Source: Chrysomallon squamiferum
Taxonomy: Eukaryota; Animalia; Mollusca
Reading direction: 5' to 3'
Length of the DNA stretch: 64,000 bases
Assembly (NCBI GenBank): GCA_012295275.1
Contig: CM022667.1
Location: forward strand, 20,398,001 to 20,462,000
The notes beneath the pieces were generated by a model, which saw only the letters and a program-made list of their open reading frames with translations, made no database searches and had not been told where the DNA came from. Positions 1 through 15,399 of the stretch are shown in pieces. Position 1 is the first letter of the stretch, and each line of letters starts with the position of its first letter. The position numbers and the translations under genes are program-made.

Positions 1-629
1 AAGTTAATTAGATAGTAAAATTCATTTAAAATTCAAGTCAACTGAACTCCACAGAATTTAAAAATAATTTTAATTTTAATTAATTATTTTCAAATGCAGG
101 TTTGGGTGCAATGCATCGCTTTCAGCGGGTTAAAAAGGTTAATTCAAGTTATCACCTGACTCACCGACCTCGTTTTCAAACTTAATACTCAGCTAGTGTA
201 GCTTTGTTTGTCTTATCGACTTCTCATAAATATTTCTACAGTGGCTGTAATTAATGTCATTGCCATATGTCGCTACTTTCAGTATAAATTATGTAAATAA
301 TTACCCTCACGTTATGTCGCACACCCAGTTAAATGGCTGACAAGTTAATTAACTGTTACTTTAGAACTCAGTTAATTACACTGAGAAAATACATAACTTT
401 ACATCTGAGTAAGAAATTGGGTCAAAAATGCGCATTTCGCCTCTGCATGTAACTGATTTTATGGAGGATATTTTAATTTTTTGAATTTTTGTTCACTATT
501 GGAAATTCTCTGCCAAAGTTTTGCGGTTCTCGAAACAATCAATGCCGCAGGTTTCTGATATTTGTGATATAAGCTAAGTCAATACGACATGAAATGTCAT
601 CATGAAGAATATCATCATACATGCACAGA

Positions 630-813
630 AACATACACACACACTCACGCATACACACACACAAACACACGCAACTGACTTACACTCAAGCATAAACACC
701 CACACACTCATGCACAAACACACCCACACACACCCACACACACGCCCACACCCACACACACACACACACTGGCTCCGAGGTTTGGCATATATATATGTAC
801 ACACACACACATA

Positions 814-880
<67 letters not shown>

Positions 881-925
881 CACAAACATACATACATACA
901 TATACATACATACATATACATACAA

Positions 926-956
<31 letters not shown>

Positions 957-957
957 G
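630..957. repeat. Compound microsatellite (CA)n/(TA)n/(TACA)n
   Basis: Visible simple repeats. Confidence 0.95.
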
Positions 958-1402
958 CAAGTTTAAACCGAAATTAGCAAATATATTTTAAACAAAACAA
1001 ATTTTCAATTACTGGTTTGGATATAAAAAACAATATGAAAAAAAAAAAAAAAAATAATAATAATGTTCTTGCAGTTGTATTCAGCTGAAGTTATATGTTC
1101 TATTTTCTTATTTTAGGGAACTAGGATGTAAAGACATTAGTAACTTGTAATGACACTAATTTGACTTTTGCTTCATGAAATCGTTATTTGTACCGCTGAC
1201 TTTAATCAGCGGAAGATTTGACACACAAACCTTGACACGTTTTACAGTTCACCACACAGCTGTCAACAATTAACACGTTACCGTCACACATTCAGTAAGT
1301 GCTGCAATAATCTATAAGATAAAATTTCACGATTGCTTTACTTAACCGTTAGTTACGACTATAGCCAACTGTATACAAAAAAATTATAGTGTTTATTTCT
1401 TT

Positions 1403-1403
<1 letters not shown>

Positions 1404-1472
<69 letters not shown>

Positions 1473-1512
1473 TTGATGATGATGATTATGATGATGACGA
1501 TAATAATAATAT
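1404..1512. repeat. (AAT)n/(GAT)n microsatellite
   Basis: Visible simple repeat. Confidence 0.95.
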
Positions 1513-2473
1513 AGGTCTGATTTTATCAGGTTATTTTATCACATCGACTGGAAAGAACAAAACGGGTCCTGTATTAATATGTGTTAGAGCTCTAGCTGGA
1601 ACGAGAAATAGTCATAACTTCAGCGATTACGAGAACTGAACATACGACTTACCAAACACAAGTATAAACATATTTATTTGCTGAAGGAGCAGTGGAGCTT
1701 TATTGAATATGAAACCGTTTTTCTTTTTCTTTTTTTTTTTTATCATTTTTGTCTTGTGTGAAGATTATTGAAGATCATCTTAGAAACTGTTAGCATAGGT
1801 GAATGTGACACAGAAGCAAAATGTTAGCGTGAAAGAAAAACAATAAGTAAAATTAAATTTTTTTTTCTGTTTGTTTTATCACATTTAAAAAAAACAAGAG
1901 GGAATCGACTACCAGCAAAGTAAACATTGTTATAATGTTTAACCGGTCGAAGACAGACGGCGACTTCATATTAAAACTACAATTTACATCAATCTGCCTT
2001 TCCTTCTTCTTTTTTTAATAATTTTTTTTCGTCCACAGAGACATAGTTATTAAGTATTACAAATGTCTTGTAAGATAGTAAAATAACTCCCAGAATGCTT
2101 CTTCATCAAACTCCTCCATCCTCCCCCATCAGTGCCAAATTGAGACATGTTTGTAGAGAGGACAGATTACTTTAAGAACATTTGTGATGGTAAGTACATT
2201 AAATTTTAAAACCTTCTAAATTTTACATGGCGTTATACCGTAACGGTCAGCATAACATTAAAGGATGTGTAATTATGGAGCCAGATCAATCAGTTACTGT
2301 CATGGCTAACTTGAACCTCCATGAATTAGAACTAAGAATATATTAATTTACTGTATTTAAGAACTCATGTCGAATTTTTTTCGGCATCGTCATTTTGTTT
2401 CTCATTTAGAGTCAATGGCTCCTAACAGGGCAAGGCAAGATCGCGTTTTCCTCAAGAACCATCTCTGTCAAAA

Positions 2474-2515
<42 letters not shown>

Positions 2516-3644
2516 AACAAAACTAAAACAAACAGAAAACCAAAACAAACAACAACCAAACACACACACACACACACACACAAAATTGCTTTATGTATGT
2601 ATGTATGTATGTATGTATGTATATATATATATATATATACACACACACATATAAATATCTTACAAACAATGCTCTGGGGATTCCTATGCAGCATGAAAAA
2701 GAAATAAAAATGAATTACCAAAACGAATAAAGATGTGTACTTGACCGTTAGTTTACTTCGTGTTTCTTACAGGAATAAAAATAACTGTTATTTTCTCCTT
2801 AACTTTACTGAATATGTTTCACCTTTTCATTCTGTCTTAGTTTTTACTAAACTTTAAAAACGTTAACACAGAAAGAGAAAGACATTTCGTGCTCATGTTA
2901 AATTGCTGTTCGTTTCGAGTGTTCAGCTTTCAAACTACAGTCAGTGTAATCACAGAAGTAACCCAGATATTTTGACATGCACGGTTATGGAAATGAATCT
3001 TTCTTTCTAGAAACCTATCATTAGCTGGGATTATATTAATATCTGTATGATTTATCCGCTTCCAAATAAATTACACTTCACAAGAGAAGCGAGTGAACTG
3101 TGTTGTTAAACCACTGGGCGATGTGTATTAGGACACGAGTTCGTTCCTCTTTATTACGTCTGTTGTGTTGTTTTGTATTTTACCTAATAAAATAACAGTT
3201 TGATTAATTAATTAATTAATTAACTATTGTTGTTCTTGTTGTTTCTGTATTCTTGTTGTTGTCATCATTACAACCGTTGTTGCTGTTATTGTTTCAGAAC
3301 TATACGATATATAGATGTCGCTAGGAGAGAGTCAGAATGGCGCTGTTTTTCAGAAAGGAGATCCTGTAGTTAATCCCAGCAATTTTCCTAACAGTTAAAA
3401 CATGTTCACACATAATGTCGTTTATTCATCAGTGAGTTAGTTAGCTGCTTCTCTGTGCAGTGCGCTGTCTGTTATCCGAGTGTTCGTTAATTAAATATTT
3501 ATTATTTATCTGCACGTTTTGAGTTATATTACATTTGTTGTGTTTTTTATTTTAAATGTTATTATTAATAATTTCTTTTTATTAAAAAAATCTATATTAC
3601 GTCACATACATAACTCAACTTCACGACTATGTCTTTTTAAATAA

Positions 3645-5800
3645 TCTAACACACCATTACGTCTATACATCCAATTCTAACATTACGTCTATATACACAA
3701 CTCTAATACACTACTACATTTATATACACAACTCTAATATACACCATTACGTCTATATACACAACTCTAATACACTACTACGTTTATATACACAACTCTA
3801 ATACACTACTACGTTTATATACACAACTCTAATATACACCATTACGTCTATATACACAACTCTAATATACACCATTACGTCTATATACACAACTCTAATA
3901 TACACCATTACGGCTATATACACAACTCTAATACACTACTACGTTTATATACACAACTCTAATATACACCATTACGTCTATATACACAACCTTATACACC
4001 ATTACGTCTATATACACAACTCTAATATACACCACTACGTCTATATACACAACTCTAATATACACCACTACGTCTATATACACAACTCTAATATACACCA
4101 TTACGTCTATATACACAACTCTAATATACACCATTACGTCTATATACACAATAATACACCATTACGTTTATATACACAACTCTAATATACACCATTAGCT
4201 CTAATACACCATTACGTCTATATACACAACTCTAATATACACCACTACGTCTATATACACAACTCTAATATACACCACTACGTCTATATACACAACTCTA
4301 ATATACACCATTACGTCTATATACACAACTCTAATATACACCATTACGGCTATATACACAACTCTAATACACTACTACGTTTATATACACAACTCTAATA
4401 CACCATTACGTCTATATACACAACCTTATACACCATTACGTCTATATACACAACTCTAATATACACCACTACGTCTATATACACAACTCTAATATACACC
4501 ACTACGTCTATATACATAACTCTAATATACACCATTACGTCTATATACACAACTCTAATATACACCATTACGTCTATATACACAACTCTAATATACACCA
4601 TTACGGCTATATACACAACTCTAATACACCACTACGTCCACAAAGACAACTCTAATACACTATTACGTCTATATACACAACTCTAATACACCATTACGTT
4701 TATATATACAACTCTAATACACCATTACGTTTATATACACAACTCTAATATACACCATTACGTCTATATACACAACTCTAATATACACCATTACGTCTAT
4801 ATACACAACTCTAATACACCACTACGTTTATATACACAACTCTAATATACACCATTACGGCTATATACACAACTCTAATACACCATTACGTCTATATACA
4901 CAACTCTAATATACACCATTACGTCTATATACACAACTCTAATATACACCATTACGTCTATATACACAACTCTAATATACACCATTACGTCTATATACAC
5001 AACTCTAATATACACCATTACGGCTATATACACAACTCTAATACACCACTACGTCCACAAAGACAATTCTAATACACCATTACGTTTATATATACAACTC
5101 CAATACAACTCTATACAACTCTAATACACCATTACGTCTATATACACAACTCTAATACACCATTACGTTTATATATACAACTCTAATACACCATTACGTT
5201 TATATACACAACTCTAATATACACCATTACGGCTATATACACAACTCTAATATACACCATTACGGCTATATACACAACTCTAATACACCACTACGTTTAT
5301 ATACACAACTCTAATATACACCATTACGGCTATATACACAACTCTAATATACACCATTACGTCTATATTCACAACTCTAATACACCACTACGGCTATATA
5401 CACAACTCTAATATACACCATTACGTCTATATTCACAACTCTAATATACACCATTACGGCTATATACACAACTCTAATATATACACCATTACGGCTATAT
5501 ACACAACTCTAATACACCACTACGTCTATATACACAACTCTAATATACACCATTACGGCTATATACACAACTCTAATATACACCATTACGGCTATATACA
5601 CAACTCTAATACACCATTACGTCTATATACACAACTCTAATATACACCATTACGGCTATATACACAACTCTAATATACACCATTACGTCTATATACACAA
5701 CTCTAATACACCATTACGTCTATATACACAACTCTAATATACACCATTACGGCTATATACACAACTCTAATATACACCATTACGTCTATATACACACTAC
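3645..5800. repeat. Minisatellite, 33-bp unit (31-bp variant) CTCTAATATACACCATTACGTCTATATACACAA, roughly 65 copies
   Basis: Direct tandem repetition; explains the VVYIDVMVYIR ORFs. Confidence 0.97.
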
Positions 5801-6676
5801 TGTAGTACACGCATTAAATCCCATACACATTAAGAGGAAGAGAAGAATGTCTAAACCGCGTTCCACAAAGACACAGTTCCTGTCTTTGAATACAAATTGG
5901 TAATAGATCCATCTCGCAAGATTTGAGAGCTTGACACCAATTCAAGCAATTTAGTAAATTGACCGACAGATATATCACAAATAACTCCTGTTATTTTATT
6001 ATTATTATTATTATTGTTTTTATTTATTTTTTTTTCGGGAAATATCTTTCAATCAATATAATCTTGCAGTGAAAGAAAGCGAATATCCGATGTTCATACA
6101 GCTGTATGAAAACCACAACCACACATGTAAAATATTAAAATAAACCTCTCAGGATTTATTTCTTTTATAAATTTCATAATTCAAGAAAACTGATGAATGA
6201 ATATATTACTCTTTTTTTTTTTCTTCTATAGATCTTATGTGTTTTTTGTATTGGCATGTTTATGAGAATTAACTCGGAGATTGTAAATGATTAGCACAAG
6301 GGACTGTGTGCCTATGTTTATTTGTGTGTGTGTATGCGTGTGCGTGCGTGTGTATTTGTCTGTATGTGTGTGTATTTTACACGAGAGAGAACACTTTTTG
6401 CCATACGATTGCTGATAAAGTGGTAAAATGAAAATAAACAGCGAACAGTTTAACAGTCTCACGAGAAGATCATTGTTTGAAGCATAATGAGATACTAAAA
6501 TACTTTAAATAACGTGTAAAAAAAATTGTATAATCATCGTTTCAATTTAAAATATAGACGTTATTATTATTATTTTTAAATTAATTAAAAAGAAAAAGAA
6601 ATAGGTAGCATTACGTCCAGCGTTTGAATCTTACCTCTGTGTGTATTTATTTGTATGTATACATATGTATGTATGC

Positions 6677-6709
<33 letters not shown>

Positions 6710-7554
6710 TGTATATGTCTGTGTATGTAAATATATATGTATATAGAGCTCAAATTCTGTTTGATATTTCTCATTAACTGATAGCTGTTCAGTTTTGTCT
6801 ATGTATATATGTACATATCTGATAATATTCATACATGAGGAACAAACAAAACTATTTATGTTTTATATTTACATATCAGAGATAAGAAGGAAATGGACTT
6901 CATTGTTATTTATCGGATGAAAAGATTTGCTGCGTTACAAGTGAATGCATAAATCAATACACAGCTCTCACTTCAGCTCTTGAGATTGTTTCAGCAACTG
7001 CAAAACAACACACATTCGTGTTGTATTTCTGACGTTTTGAAAATTGGAGAAAGATCGCTGATGTTGCATTTCACAGATTTTCATTGAGTAAATTCATTTT
7101 AGTTGCTTAATGACGTAACTGAAAACTGAAAACTTCCAGAGAAAGCGGTTAAACCCAGGGGTGAGTTAACTTGTTTAATGTACGAGCCGTTTACAATAAA
7201 CTTTGGATGTCAGAGTCGCAAGACACGAACGAATTTTGTAAATTTGTTTTTATTGTTATAAGACATTTTGTTACTGAATTTGTGAAAGTGTTTACAAATT
7301 TTCATTGCAGTAATATTACTTGCTGTATAAAAACAAAGAAGAAGAAGAAGAAGAAAAAAGACGAACAAGAAATATGAATGGAGATATGCCTGCTATATAA
7401 GAAAAAAGAAGCAGAAGTAGCAGAGTTCAGTCAAAAGGTTTTTTCTTTCTTGAAACCTGGAAATGAAATATGGTTTATGGAAAACGTAATTTTGTCTAGT
7501 TTTTATTTTAAGTACTCGTTATTGCTCATGTTTTTGTCTTACTATTATTACGTG

Positions 7555-7557
<3 letters not shown>

Positions 7558-7617
<60 letters not shown>

Positions 7618-7744
7618 TACTATTATTATTATGTCAGTTTAATCGTAATGGATTAGAAGTGAGGAATATGATTTCAATATAAATTATTAAAAAAAATAAA
7701 AAATGTATGTAAAGATTTAACAAGAACAAGAACAACAAGAACAA

Positions 7745-7781
<37 letters not shown>

Positions 7782-7830
7782 AATAATAATAATAATAATA
7801 ATAAAAATAATAATAAAAATAATAATAAAA
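7558..7830. repeat. (TAT)n followed by (AAC)n/(AAT)n microsatellites
   Basis: Visible simple repeats. Confidence 0.92.
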
Positions 7831-8509
7831 ACATTTAAAAACAGAGACAATCACGCTCCGCCACTAACTGGCGAGTCATATTTACAAAACATCGTCTGTG
7901 TACAAACGCCTCAAATTGCTGGAAACGGACCAAAAAAACCCCATCTCAGGTCAGCTTTTGAACGATGGCTGGTCAAAGATAGAAAGAAAAAATGAAGAGG
8001 AGGAGCAAAGAAGGAAAGAAAGAGAGAAATTAGAATGACCCATTTCTGAGGTGATTTCTAACAGACTTCGTAAAAGGGCGGTCTACTGGGAAATTAGCTG
8101 ATTGTTCATTATGATGAACTGAGCCGCTGTGCTGGACGTTGTGTATGCTTTCAATCATTTATTGGTTTACTGGGAGCCGTGATGCAGCAAGCAGCACACA
8201 TGTTTGTCACAAAGAGTAATTCGACGTTAGTCTTTACGATTTAATAATAATTAAAAGCATACAAAAATATGTAAGTTGCCGACATAATGGACTGTTCATT
8301 TGACGCTGGTAAAATTGATGTCAGAGTCTAAATTGACGCTGACTCTGCGTTCTGACAGTTGGTGTCTGGAAAGGCAAAAGATTGGAGCAGATCGTGTTTA
8401 GATTTTTGTCTCAGTTCCGAGGTTTTTTCACAAACAAGTAGATAATTTCCCTCTCTCCGTACTGTCCGGCGCCACGTTTACAAACTCAAAATCTATTTCT
8501 CTGTTTATT

Positions 8510-8792
<283 letters not shown>

Positions 8793-9626
8793 GGTAGGTA
8801 GGAGATAGGTAGACAGGTAGATAGGCTCTTATTTAGCTAGGATGTAGGTTTGTACATGTAATATGTATGTTCTTGCTCTCGATTTGGTGGGAGTTTTAAA
8901 CAGCAAGTAATATTACTGAAATGAAAATTTGTATACACTTAGACAAACTCTGCAACAAAATGTCTTATAACAATAAAAACAAATGAACAAAATTAATTAA
9001 TTTATTTTATTATTAATTTTTTTTTTTTCTTGTTATATGTTTGTTTGTTTGGTATTTTTTGAGTTTAAATGAATCAGGGGTCTGTGGAAATCATCCGGTT
9101 TTGGAGAAATTCCAGAGTAACGAGAAACTGGTTTTGAGGAGTCTAACTGTATTAATCATCTGGAATTCGATAATATGGTAATTACAGAGTTAATGTTCTT
9201 GGACATTAAGACGTCATTTGGCAATGAATTAAACGTGTCTTTATCACAAGAACTGAGACACACCCTCTTTTTTGGATGTATTACAGAACACTTTGTAATT
9301 ATATGTATATGTTTATGTGTGTGCGTTTGTGTGTGTGTGTGTGTGTGTGTATGTGTGTTTGTGTTTCCTGCACTTATTGTATGTAGTTGCAAGATAAGAT
9401 GAACAGATAATTATCTATATTTTTATTTTAGTTAATTACTCTTGAATCACTCCCCCCCCGCACACAGTTATAACAATTGCTGATTTTCTTTAAAAAATAA
9501 CAAACGCGTCAAGCTAATACTCTAGAGAGGGTAATCTTCTGTTATTTACGATTGCAGGATAAAAGAAATAAATGACTTAAAAAATATACTCAGATAACGC
9601 TGGTATCTTAAGAAAGTGATAACTTA

Positions 9627-9668
<42 letters not shown>

Positions 9669-9710
9669 GCGTAGAGACACACACTCATACAGCACATATA
9701 CATATAAAAA

Positions 9711-9767
<57 letters not shown>

Positions 9768-12221
9768 ATATAACATACACGTACATAAACTGAGAATATA
9801 TATTTTATTATGAAACAAACTCTCTATGTATATGTATGTCCCTATGCACAAAAACATACAGGTTACAATATGATAATAATAATAAATAATATAATATATA
9901 AATTGGTCCCTATCCTGCAACAAAACTTTGCAAATGGAAATACCAGGTTTCAAAAAAAAAATAATAATAATAATAAATAAAAACTATAAAAATAAAAAAT
10001 AAATAAATAATAATAATAATAAAAAGAACGCATAAAGGGAGATACAGTTTATAAATGAGCAAGCAGACTGTTTTGTTATTCTGTTATTTTTAATTTTCTC
10101 TGCTCGTCACATTTATTATTATATAACTCCACATCAGCGATATTTGTTAGCGTTTAACAATCGATCTTGTTCATTCAGTGCAATGTAATCATTCAGTGAA
10201 TGCCAGTAACGATTTAATAATCTTTTCTTAACTGATCTGAATACAAAAAAAAATTGATTAAAAGCCGGTTTCCCCTCTGTTACCTTGAAAAATCAGGCAC
10301 TATCTTGATTTTGTGATCTATTCACGCATTCTTCAGCCTGCCTCATTCTACACCAGAGCACCGAGAAATACGCTTGCACGCACACGCATACAAAAACACA
10401 TACACAGCACATATATATTTATTTAAAGGTGAGAATTTACTGATAAGAATAAATGTCGTTTTGAACGTTGTTAACAAGGCGACGACGTAAGATAACCTAA
10501 ATAAAATCTTTCTGAATACTCGTGCACAATAAATAAATTTATTTGAAGGAGAAAAATTGTTTCCAAAATCAAATTTGAATGTCGGCTTTTTGAAAAATGG
10601 CTGCTTTGGTAATAATATTTTTTTTTTTTTTCGCATATAACATCGCTAATATTGTTCCTGGCAACCCATGAATTAAAATTATATTCACAAATGGAAGAAT
10701 TTGTTACGCTGACTAATAATTGTTATGTGTATAAGTGTAAAATTTATATTTTTCAACACCCCTACCTTCAAACCGCCCTAGCAAATTAACGATACCACAA
10801 TCTGAGAGAGCTACCGGTCCTAAAACATTCCTGGGGTGATGCTCAAACTAAATCTACCATCAAAGCTTCTGACTACTTGGGGTGCCACGAAATAATTTTT
10901 TTAGGTCTTTTTTGAAAATCGGCTCCTGGGCTGTTAAGGAATCGTTGAAATGAGATTGACATTACTGTATGTTCACTCGTGAACTCTATCATTAAGCTAT
11001 AGAGTCATAAAGTTGTACTTCACCTCGTGAATTCCCAGTACAAAGAGTATATCGGTTAAACCAGCTGACAGTGAATGAATCATGTACATTATACATCTTG
11101 TCCTGACACAGAACTACAGGAATATTTGAATAAAGAACAGGACTTACACTAATAATAATAATACTGATGATGAATAACAAACAGCAATTATAAAACAATA
11201 AATAAATAATTAAATAAATAAATAAGATCAAAATTAGTTTTTCAGCGATTTGACCAAACATATTGTTATTAAATTTGCGTTTAGTAGTTGATTACTGGGA
11301 ACTCGAACTGTAAAATTTAAAACAATAACTTGTATGCATAAATGCCATACCGTACATAAAAGATATAACATGACTGAGTGTGCACACGATGACTCTCAAG
11401 ATTTTCATGTAAAAGACTGGTTTTGAGCTAACCTCGTTGTACAAGAGTACACCAAATGGGTAACTTTTAACAACCACAGTAACGATCATACAGACATTGC
11501 TGAGCAACAAAGTGTTGATTATACAGAATTTATTGGATTCTGTTAGCGGTTCACGAGTGAGTGTGGGTTTTTTTTTTTGCTTGTCTCCATAACCAACGAA
11601 CACTCGAAACCACAAAATATTAATGCTCCAGTTTTATACGTGGGAGGCGAGACGGTTTCGGACATTATTTTTGAAGTTCAAATTCCATGTTATACGCCGA
11701 AATGTGCAGTATGTGTGTTTGTGCTGTTTATTCGTATCGTAACAAAACTATTACAAACGAAACGTGATATTTTAATATAATATCGCCTGCTTTATGAAAG
11801 CGAAACAAAGAGATTATATTTTAAATAATGAAACTTTATGTCTAGTTTAACATGTTTGTGTTGTCTATCTGAACTGTTTATTTAGTTAATCTACTTGTAG
11901 TGGTCGTACAATAGAAATTAACTGGTAAATCAATAACCAGAAATGATGGTAATACAGCTTTTGTGAAGAACTCCACGCTCCAGCGGTTAATTTGTGTATA
12001 TTTAATACAGACACGATGATAAAATACTAATCAAAACGCTCTGTTTTGAATGCATTTGTAGAGTATGTTATTTAGGTCATTAATCACCCCAGTCTGTAAT
12101 CACCTAGTTAGTACGTGTATGTATGTGCTGTCAAACAGCCCTGTTTGCAGTACCTAATTAGTACCTAAGTTTGTATTGTGATCATCATTGTCTACATAAT
12201 CGAGTTAGTATGTAAATTTGG

Positions 12222-13630
12222 TATCCGGACAATTGCCCCCTGGACAACTGCCCCCAACTTTTCTTCAAATATTCCGATCAGAATGGTTTTTAAGCAACAT
12301 TCCAACAAATTAGTCAAAGTGTGTTACATTAAACTTGATTAAAGGAATTTGGATTACTAATTCCAATAAATTAGTCAATACTAACTAGAGTCAGCTAATT
12401 ACTAATTAAACTTGAGTAAAGGCATTTGGATTACTTTGAACTGCTAAAAAATCTTATAAAATATTATTTAAAATCAAAGCTAACTAGAGTCATCTAATTA
12501 CTAATTCAGGCTAATTAAATGCTAAAGATTCCTTTGATTTTGCAAGTGATCTTTAATTGAGATGAATGAAACTGTATATTAGGTCATGCCTTGTAGCAAA
12601 AATATTCTATTCTATAAGATGAAGTTCATTGACTCAGAGTGTGGTCATCCAAAACTTGCCTTTGAAAACTATGTATATGTCTAATAGAATGAAACCCAGC
12701 AGTGCAGTGATTTCTTACGAGTGTGAAGGAAGAAGACAACACGTCTGTAAAGCTAAACTGTACTGTGACGGGATGCTTCTTTCATTTGTGCCAATGTATC
12801 TGGCGCCAAATTCAGTTTGTCAGTTCGTTACAATACTGATGAAGAGTTTGTTTTATTGATCCATCAGATAGCTGCAGTTGCATTCATTCCAGTGCATGAA
12901 GTAATGGCAGCTTTTGAAGCACTATTAGAAGCTGATGATGATGACCTGTATTACAAATACTGAAATACTTTGAGGACAACTTCATCAGTTGCCAGTATGG
13001 CAGAGCTGGTCGCAGACATGATCCATGTTACAATGTTGGCATGTGGAACATGCACCAGAGGTTGGAAAAGAATTTGGTGCGGACTAACAACTTCGTGGAA
13101 GGGTGGCACCGATGCTTCCAGTCAAACATTGGTTCCTACCATCTGAATGTCTGGAAGTTTATGGACATTTTAAAGTGTGAACAAGCACTAATAAACTGGA
13201 AATAAACCAGATGATTGGCGGGGTAAATACCATCGAAAATACCAAGAAGCATCACTGCATTTGTTCTGACTGGTCAGACAGCGTGAAAACCGACACGTCC
13301 TGGACTATTTGAGTGAAATAGCACACAATATAAAAGTGTGAAAACTGAAAAGTGTCACTGAACTCTTGTAAGAAGTGCCGTAGTATACCTCGTTATAGTT
13401 GAACCTGTACTTGTGAATGAACTGTTGCTATACAAAGCTTTACTAGAGAACTGTGGACAGACTATTCTGAATTTCATTTTATATGTTGTCTGTTTTTTTT
13501 TAAGTATTAAAAAATGTATCCTTATACATGTATATATGTCATTATGCTTGAAAATCATTATTGGAAGACAAAATGGGAGGGCAATTGTCCTGTCGGGCAG
13601 GTGTCCAGGTAGCAGCTGTCCGGGAGGGAG
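12222..13630 (+). mobile_element. Decayed, internally deleted Mutator-like (MULE) DNA transposon
   Basis: Ends carry inverted GGACAATTGCCCC / GGGCAATTGTCC repeats. Frameshifted transposase C-terminus at about 12870-13205: AFIPVHEV...LKYFEDNFI...WNMHQRLEKNLVRTNNFVEGWHR...VWKFMDILKCEQ. FLYWCH-like remnant YECEGRRQHVCKAKL at about 12715-12760. Confidence 0.85.
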
Positions 13631-14220
13631 TTAGTACGTAGACTTGTATTGTGACCACCACTGTCTACGTAATCGAGTTAGTACGTAGACTTGTATTGTG
13701 ACTACGACTGTCTACGTAATCGATTTAGTACGTAGACTTGTATAGTGACCACCACTGTCAACGTCATTTTGTTAGTACGTATACTTGTATTGTGACCACC
13801 ACTGTCTATGTAATCGAGTTAGTACGTAGACTTGTATTGTGACCACGACTGTCTACGTAATCGATGTAGTACGTATACTTGTATTGTGACCACCACTGTC
13901 TACGTAATCGAGGTAGTACGTAGACTTGTATTGTGACCACGACTGTCTACATGATCTAGGTAGTACGTAGACTTGTAATGTGACCACGACTGTCTAAATA
14001 ATCCATTTACTATGTAGATTTATAATATTAAACATCCCCGAGTTAGTACGTAGACTTAGACACGACTGTCTACGTAATCGAGGTAGTACGTAGACTTGTT
14101 GCACAAAATTCAGTTAGTGTTTAAACATGTTTTGTTAATAACTTTTTTCTACATAATCTAGTAGTCTTGAATTGTTAAGCACCCCCGGCTGACATAATCT
14201 AGTCAGTACGCAGACTTGTG
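13628..14220. repeat. Minisatellite, 47-bp unit GAGTTAGTACGTAGACTTGTATTGTGACCACCACTGTCTACGTAATC
   Basis: Direct tandem repetition, decaying to the right; related copies at about 12100-12220. Confidence 0.93.
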
Positions 14221-15399
14221 TTGATAAACACCAAACTGTTTATCATCATCTAATAAATAACATGGCGAGTGACATTTTTGATGACGCTGTTTTCTTAATA
14301 ACTCTTTATAAATAATGTTAATAAAAACAGTTAACTGAGAGATTGATGTCTTTCTTCAGAAGAAACCGAAGATAAAAAAATAGATAATATTAAAAATTTC
14401 AGATTTTCTTTCTATCTTTTTATATATATATATCTTTATATATATATATATATATATATATACACGCACACATACAAACACACATTTGTTATTGTTGATA
14501 AATAATATAAAATTAATATAACAGACTTGGAGGGGAAGGAAATAGTAAAACAATTTTTCTGATAGAGAAACGCCCAAATCCAATTAAATTTTTCTTTCTT
14601 TTGGTGGACGTTTGAATAACTACTGGATAACGTTTGCCACACAACGCGGAACGACCTACATTCAGCTTAAGCACCTGAATAGAAGAAACACCGCATTCTG
14701 ACAGAACGCATCTCTATCGCTTCCTCCGTTCCCTTCAGTCAGTTTAACATCAAATTTCACAAATATGAAAACTTAGGGCATCGATATTTCACAAGCAACA
14801 TTCCACTGAAAGATGCCGGCAAGTTTTGCTTGATAAAAATCAATCAATATCCATCGGGTTAAATCGAGCTTCCTAACTGGAAATGAGATATGTTCATTAA
14901 TTCACAGCCACAATTGCTACCCGTCCCGCGAGCTGGGTCCACTCACTCGTCTGATGGAAACTGCAGCCAGATGTCTTCCTCGTGATGGCGTTTTGCACGC
15001 ACGTCTCTCCAGCAGCAAACACAGTGCACCACAACAGACGTTATCACAGTGTAACAACAACAACAGCAAGCAATTAAAATATATATATATACACACACAC
15101 ATACACACAATACATACATACACACATAAACACATATTATATACATACATACATACATATATACATACATACATACATACATATATACATACATGCATGC
15201 ATATACACATATATTCATAAACACACATATTATACATACATACATACATACATACATTCATACAAATATACACACATAAATTATTAATATTATTATTACT
15301 TTATTATTGTTACTATTATTAAAAAAAAATAAAAAAAAAAAAAAGCAGTATAAAAGGTAAACGAATACATCAGATCATTTTCAGTTATTATTTAAAATA

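Noticed and set aside
574-991. Cluster of ORFs rich in VC/HT/YI (likewise 2367-2721, 8428-8797, 14917-15273, 16336-16646, 36153-36533)
   Set aside because: Translations of (CA)n, (TA)n and (TACA)n microsatellites
3928-4616. VVYIDVMVYIR repeat ORFs
   Set aside because: 33-bp satellite read in frame
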